A stretch of DNA of 64,000 nucleotides from the human T2T-CHM13v2.0 reference genome, Homo sapiens. A program made the position numbers and the translations under genes. The notes under the pieces are model-generated. The model was not told the DNA's origin. It saw only the letters and a list, made by a program, of their open reading frames with translations, and did no database searches. The stretch lies in assembly GCF_009914755.1 (NCBI RefSeq), contig NC_060925.1, one strand, 5' to 3'. Within the stretch, counting starts at the first letter, position 1; each line of letters opens with the position of its first letter. This document shows positions 56,782-64,000 of this stretch, in pieces.

Positions 56782-57327
56782 CCATTGCCTTCTAATAGCC
56801 CTTTTCTCTTACCCTTTAGCTCTTGGCGCTTGACTTCCTATGTCCATCCCCAATATCCCTACTCCGTGAAAGTGAGGTGAAAATGCCATCATCTTTCTGC
56901 CTGTCCTGCTTTTAATCATCTTCCAAGGCAGCAGCAAGTGCAATTCTAGTCCCTTTCAACCCCTTCCATGTGGGTGTTAGACTGAATGTTTAGCTTCTTT
57001 ATGAAGATGCACATTAGCCATTCAGAAACTTAATCTCATAATGATTTGTGTGTATTGGTAAAAAAGAAAAGCCATGATCTCTGACTGGTATACTCAGATG
57101 TTCCCTTTGGTCACTGATGGCAGGATTTCAGAAGCGAAGGACCATTTAATTTAATTTTGCAGATGGCAGGAGGTAAGCAGGAAAGCTTGGTCACAATATG
57201 CCCCCTCCTGGGAGAGTGGCTTCAGTAAATTCAGGTTGCCGAGAGCCTTAGATGTGAGAAATTTAACCCTCTGCCTTCTTTCCACTTCCCCTCCCTTATA
57301 TAAAACTTGGTTGTTGTTTTTGTGTGT

Positions 57328-57351
57328 GGGGTGGGGGGGTGGGGTAGGGGG
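57328..57351 (+). other. G-quadruplex-forming sequence
   Basis: GGGG T GGGGGGG T GGGG TA GGGGG: four G-runs with 1-2 nt loops. Confidence 0.7.
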
Positions 57352-57803
57352 TGGAGTTGAGGAAGGGTGGGAAGGTGGAGTGAAGAAAATTGCCTGGGTT
57401 GAAAAGCCAGTGACTGATGTGAGATTACCTTGTAGTGATGTTGCTTTGGGCATATGGATTATGACCAGATACAGATTAACCCGTTCCTCTATAATTGTTT
57501 TATGGCCTCATCCTTCTGAAATTGCCTCCTTGTGGCCTGAAATCCTTTCTGGGGTTTTCCTTAGGCTGGGAACTCTGCTTGCAGATGAGAAATAAACCTA
57601 CCTCTCTCCAGGGCATGAGTTCCACAGTGAAACTGAGGAGTAGATGGATGAGGAGTCTTCTTTTATTTTGTTTTTAGGGTGGTGCCCTTCCCACAGGGAA
57701 GCAAGCTGCGGATTCTGAATTTGTTAATTGCACAGCAGCTGAGTATTTGCTGCCTAGTCCTGTTGAAGTTCCAGGATTGGATATCCAAGCTGTTGGCTTT
57801 TAG

Positions 57804-58115
<312 letters not shown>

Positions 58116-58556
58116 TAAATTTGGTTTCGGATCTTGCCAAAATGAGGCAAAATTGTTTTTCTTCATGCTTCAGAGCCATGCTGCTCTATAAGGAAGTCTA
58201 TATTAAATAGGTAAAGACATATTTCTTAATAAATCAGTCTAGATGATGGTATTCAGAAGCTTGACAAAATTATCTTCCTAAAACTTGTTTGTTCCTGCTT
58301 TGCTAAAGGTTAATAGAAATAACTCATGGATAAGTAGTGAACTTTTTAAAGTTGCTGTTTTTGTCTTAAATCCCTCCTGTCTTTGCTCTTTTCCCTTCCT
58401 TTGTGGTGGCTGCCAATCCTACCTTGCAGATAACTTCTCCCTCATGAAAACAGAGGAGGATCTGATATTATTAATTTATCCTGGTAGTTTGACCATTGTA
58501 ATGCTGTCCGTGAACATTTGCATTTCAGTTGTTTATCTATGAGTAGAAGGCCCTCT

Positions 58557-58898
<342 letters not shown>

Positions 58899-58939
58899 CT
58901 ACCAAGTAGGTGAAGATATACTTATATGTTTTACAATTA

Positions 58940-59900
58940 TTCATTCATTTATTCATTCACTCATCTGTGCAACAGGTATTTTTTGATGATCATGTATCAG
59001 ACACTACTCTAGATGCTTTATTTCAGTCAATACAATAAAGATCTCTGTGAGTTAACATTTCAGTTGGGGAAGAGGGAGACAAACAATAAACATGATGAAT
59101 ATATAAATTGCTAGTGTTTAGAAGGTAATAAGTACAGTAAGGAGCATCAAGAATGCTGGGTAGTTGTGAGGGGAGTTGCTTTTTAAAATTTTTTCTTCTT
59201 TCTTCTTCTACTTTTTTTTTTTTTTTTTTTTTTTTAAAGAGACAAGGTCTCTCTCTCTCTTGCCCAGGTTGGAGTGCAGTGGCACCATGATAGCTCATTG
59301 CAGCCTCCAACTCCTGGGCTCAAGGGATCCTTCTGCCTCAGCCTCCTGAAGTACTTGGGACCACAGTCACATACCACTATGCCTGGCTAATTTTTTAATT
59401 TTTAATTTTTATTTTTTAGAGACAGGGTCTCATTTTGTTGCCCAGGCTGGTCTCAAACTCCTGGCTTCAAGCAATCCTCCCACCTCAGCTTCCTAAAGTA
59501 CTGGGATTACAGGTGTGAGCTACCTGTGCCTGGCCCAGGTTGCATTTTAAAATAAGGGGTAGGGAGCTTTTAGATGAGGCCTCATGGAATAGGTCACATT
59601 TGTGCAAAAATTTAAAGGAGGTAAGAGTGTAAGCCACGTGGATATTGGGGGAAAGGCATTTCAGGCAGAGGAAACAGCCAGTTTAAAGGCCTTAAGGTGG
59701 AGCCCTAAGGCTCAAGTGTGCTTGGTGTATTTGAGGAATGGCAAGAAGGCCACTGTGGCTGAAGCAGAGTGCTCTGGTGGGAATGAGGTGGAAGTACTAG
59801 GAGATGAGGTCAGAGAGGAGAGGGTGAGAGGTTTTTAGGAGGAAGGGAGGAGATGCCTGATTACATCATACCATGATAGGCTGTTGGCTTTTATTCTGTA
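58940..59900 (-). mobile_element. L2 fragment interrupted by AluJ
   Basis: ttcattcatttattcattcac terminus; gaaaggcatttcaggcagaggaaacagc...ttgaggaatggcaagaaggcc. Confidence 0.8.
59190..59535 (-). mobile_element. Full-length AluJ
   Basis: atagctcattgcagcc, ctgggctcaag; TSD gttgc(t/a)ttttaaaat. Confidence 0.92.
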
Positions 59901-60264
59901 AATATCTATATCTACATCAATTATATCTCTCAGGACTTACAACTTTCCATCTTTATCGTCTTCTGAACTCCATAAGATCTTTCTAAGAATTGAGGGGAAA
60001 GTTGATTATAAGGGAGAATATACAAAACCTGGCATCGAAGCCTTACTAGAGACCTGGAACCTACTCTTTTTGGGACTTGGTAAATTGATGAGATTCCATG
60101 CGCCCCCACCCCCCATTCTCTGGCATACAGAACAGGAATACTTATATAGCTTACTCTCAACCCAACCTTTCCCTTCGTCTGCTTCAAGAATCTCAAATAC
60201 TTACGATTTTTGGCATATTTGACATTATTTTAGTTAATTTCTGAACATGTTTTCCCACTGTTAA

Positions 60265-60611
<347 letters not shown>

Positions 60612-61007
60612 CTGAAATGCTTTTCTCTACCACCTAATACTTTCCAGTTCTGGAAATGAACTTTCTGACAGCATCTCATTAAATGAAATAATAGAAGTGA
60701 AAGCACTTTGAAACTCAGAAAGTCCAGGAAGAAATCGGCTGGTTGTCTCCACTCTCTTCATTACCCACCTGCATGCTAGCGGATGTACATAGCCAGAGGA
60801 TCACTTTGGAGGCATTTCATTTCATTGGCGGGCGAGGGGGCAGTTCTTTTGGCCTAGTTGAATATTAGGCATATCTGGATCTAGTCTAGCCCCGACCTCC
60901 TTACAAGTCTTTGTGCTACAAAGTCCAGCGTTGGTGTGGTTTTTCAAGGAAGGATATAGAATGGTTTATTTTGGATGAGAATTTCATTTTGTGTACCTGA
61001 TTTTGTA

Positions 61008-61137
61008 TTTTTTTTTTCCTCTTAAGACAAGGTTTCACTATGTTGCCCCAGCTGGTCTCCAGCTCCAAGGCTCAAGCAATTCTCCCGTCAGCCTCCTGAA
61101 TAGCTGGGATTACAGGAACGTACCATTGCGCCCAGCC
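61008..61137 (-). mobile_element. FLAM monomer
   Basis: Single left-arm-type monomer with T-tail. Confidence 0.8.
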
Positions 61138-61224
61138 CTTGTTTTGTTTTTGAAAGCTGTCGTGTTACTGCTTAAAGTCTCCAAACTGTTATTGAGAACA
61201 CTGACCAGAGCCCTGTCCATAGAC

Positions 61225-61491
61225 CAGTGTTTTTCCAAGTGCAGATTGCAACTCCTTTGCAGAGTAGGTTGTGGAGCCATTTTAGCTGACTACTCACCAG
61301 CTTTCTTCAAAATGTAAATGGAATAGGATAGAAAAATAATGAAAAATTGTAAAGTGAATTGGATGCAAAAAGGGTAAATATTGTTGTGTCAGACTTTTTT
61401 GGGTGAGTGTGCATGTGTTCACATACTGGATCACATTATAACATGTATTGCTCATTATGGGTTGTGGTCAGAAAAAATTCAGAAAACGCTG
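61225..61491. mobile_element. hAT-Charlie-type MITE (family uncertain)
   Basis: Imperfect TIRs cagtgtttttc / gaaaacgctg; degenerate 8-bp flanks ccatagac / tctcagac. Confidence 0.5.
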
Positions 61492-61924
61492 TCTCAGACT
61501 GTCCCAAAGTTGTATTTGCTTATTATGGAACTGATGAGGATAGAAGATGAGTGGCTCAGAAGGTTGTATCTTGGTGAGATAAAAGAAGACATCAAATGAC
61601 AGTTTTAGTTAGAAAAATAATCCCAATTGAGTTTGTTACTCTTCTATGAAGGTGGAAGATCCTGTGCCAGAACATTATGCTCTTCAGGTCAACAGGAACT
61701 AAGCTTGTTGTTTCTCTCTGCACAAAGAATTGTGCAATTTCCAGCGGGAACTCCCCTCTGGAGGTGGAGAGGGAAGGGGAAGGAAGAGTGGAGATAGAGG
61801 CAATTAGGCAGAAATCTTTACTGTGAGCCTTAGCTGACCCAGGATCTACACATAGTTAACTCTGAGGCTTTGTTGGAATCCGCCAAAGATTCATTGTTAA
61901 AGACAGGGAAAGCACAACTCATTT

Positions 61925-62060
61925 CCATTTATTTTAGTTCAACATTTATGCCAGCTCTGCGCTAGGTGCTGGGATATAACAATGAATAAGACATGGTCTT
62001 GGACTTAACGGTGCTCCTAACCTGGCAGGGAAGACAGATGTAAATTGCTAATTATTGTAC
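61925..62060 (-). mobile_element. L2 3' end
   Basis: tatgccagctctgcgctaggtgctgggatataacaatgaataagacatggtc. Confidence 0.75.
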
Positions 62061-62439
62061 ATTGTACTGAGTGTCATAATACAGTGTAAAATGCTCCAGT
62101 TTATGAATTAGAGGAACTATGCTTTCAGCCTTTTATTCTGAGAAATGTGCCATTTAATAATAAAGAACTGGGATACGGGTTTTTTTTTCTAAAATTTGGG
62201 GAAGACTACTTTGTTGAAAAGGAAAATGAAATTTCCAAGGGAATCAGGTTCATCCAGTCAAGCTATTGTGTTATTTTGTGTCTTTTCCTCTAAAAGTATT
62301 CTAATGTCAAAAAATTTTTTAAATCAAGTTGACATAATACACACCTGCCCAGGGAACCTGGAGACCTGTAAAATAATTTAAAACCATTTTTTTATCATAT
62401 CTTTAAAAAATACTGGCAAACATAGTAATAAGAATTTGA

Positions 62440-62714
62440 GACTGGGTGTGGTGGCTCATGCCTGTAATCTCAGCACTTTGGGAGGCTGAGTTGGGCAGAT
62501 CGCTTGAGGTCAGGAGTTTGAGACCAGCCTGGCCAACATAGCGAAATCCTGTCTCTACTAAAATACTTATAATCCTAGCTACTCCAGAGGCTGAGGCATG
62601 GGAATCGCTTGAGCCCAGGAGGTGGAGGTTGCAGCCAGCTGAGATCACACCACTGCACTCTAGCCTGGGTGACAAAGCAAGACTCTGTCTCAAAAAACAA
62701 ACAAACAAAAAAAA
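62440..62714 (+). mobile_element. AluS with internal deletion at the start of the right arm
   Basis: ctactaaaatac joins directly to ttataatcctagctactc. Confidence 0.9.
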
Positions 62715-62818
62715 CTTGAACCCGGGAGGCGGTGCTTGCGGTGAGCAGAGATCACACCACTGCACTCCAGCCTGGGCGACAGAGTGAGACTCCGTCTCAA
62801 AAAAAAAAAAAAAAAAAA
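62715..62818 (+). mobile_element. Short 5'-truncated AluY-like insertion at the tail of the preceding Alu
   Basis: cttgaacccgggaggcggtgcttgc...gactccgtctc plus A-tail; aaaaactt repeated on both sides. Confidence 0.8.
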
Positions 62819-64000
62819 CTTCAGTGCTTTTCTTTGTTGGAACCTGTAACACTTTGCTTTTACATTATCATTGATTTTTAAAATTACTAATAACTTTTTG
62901 AGACATGTAAAATCATGACAAATTCTACAGAAGTTCTATCAAAGCAAGTCATGTAGTGTGTTCAGGGTCCAGAACCTGAGTTCACCAGCTCCAGGCTGAT
63001 TCACTTTTGTCAGCTGCATCCAACCTAAGCCTAGAACCAGATTGAATCAAATGCTAAGTTTTAATGTCTTTCATTTGGTTCTTTTATTTAGTTCAGTGTT
63101 TCTTACTGCTAGCTGACTTGGCTCTGAATTTTGTTCCTGCCTCAAGCAAATTCTGAATATGCCCATCTATGGATTTGAACAGTAGGATGTTTTTTCAGAG
63201 GTGTGAAATGATCAGGCAGCTTGATAACTTTAGACATACTGTACGTTATGAAGCATTTTCTTGCTTCTTGTTGTCTTTTTCTGGTGGATTGAGTCAATGC
63301 AGTTGGTAGAATCTTTTCCACTTATGTTATTGAGGCATGTGGTTGAAAAGTGACCTTTAAATGGTGTGAGGTGGGTAGGCAGGGGATAAATTCTTACCAC
63401 AGTTTCTAGGATGAGGAAAGTGAAACTCAGAGGCCCAAATCTTCTGACTCACACAGTGATTCTGGGGCTGTCTGTAATATCTAAATGATGAGACTGATCT
63501 ACTTGCAAGGTCAGGGCATGTGGTCATTTTCTTGCTAGCCTTTGGATCACCAGGCTGTCAGCATTTTGAGGGGGAGTATTTGCATCTTGCTTTATTTGGA
63601 AGATTCAGCTTGAGGGAGTCATTATTAGAAGATTCTTAGAACACTTGAGCCCTCTGAAAATGAAAAGTCTCACATTTCCCTTCTACTTTGGCTCTCTGTT
63701 GGAGGGGAACACTTATGTCATTAAAAACATTGTACTTTGCTTATCTAATTCCCACTCTGTGTTCACATTAATAGCTTCCCATTGCTCTTAGGAACAATTC
63801 CATACTTCTTCAGACTATTTGCAATACTCACCAGAGCTTGACCCCTGCTTCTTTCAACAGTCTCATCTTTTTTTCCTCTTCTCATTTAAATTCTATGCTT
63901 CAGTTACCCTGAATTTCTTCGATTATTTCGGTTCCTTGCATGCAGCTTCTTTTCTGTTGCCTCTGGGCCTTTGAACATGCTGTTGGCTGGAGTACTTTTC

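Overview
Primate, most likely human, genomic DNA. It is CpG-depleted, has no CpG island, and is dense in Alu (FLAM, AluJ, AluS, AluY), L1 (L1PA, L1MB/MC/ME), L2, MIR, MaLR LTRs (MST, MLT1) and hAT MITEs (MER58A, MER20). I recognise no protein-coding exon, RNA gene or promoter. The ORF-track ORFs are Alu/L1/ERV-derived or chance. A by-eye T>A and G>C skew on the + strand suggests the interior of one very large intron of a + strand gene, which I cannot name. The most informative non-obvious feature is a heavily decayed minus-strand class III (ERV-L-like) provirus interior at ~33.3-36.6 kb. Its gag, protease, RNase H and integrase remnants are collinear, the RT core is absent, and L1, MST and AluY are nested in it. 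Other notable items are a perfect 16-bp palindromic RFX X-box with nearby AP-1 and CRE sites (43.4-43.8 kb), a few candidate cryptic exons, and several readable insertion histories (target-site reuse, chimeric Alu, microsatellite birth in a TSD). I found no convincing evidence of a novel biological system. Repeat subfamily names come from remembered consensus diagnostics and ends of old elements are approximate.
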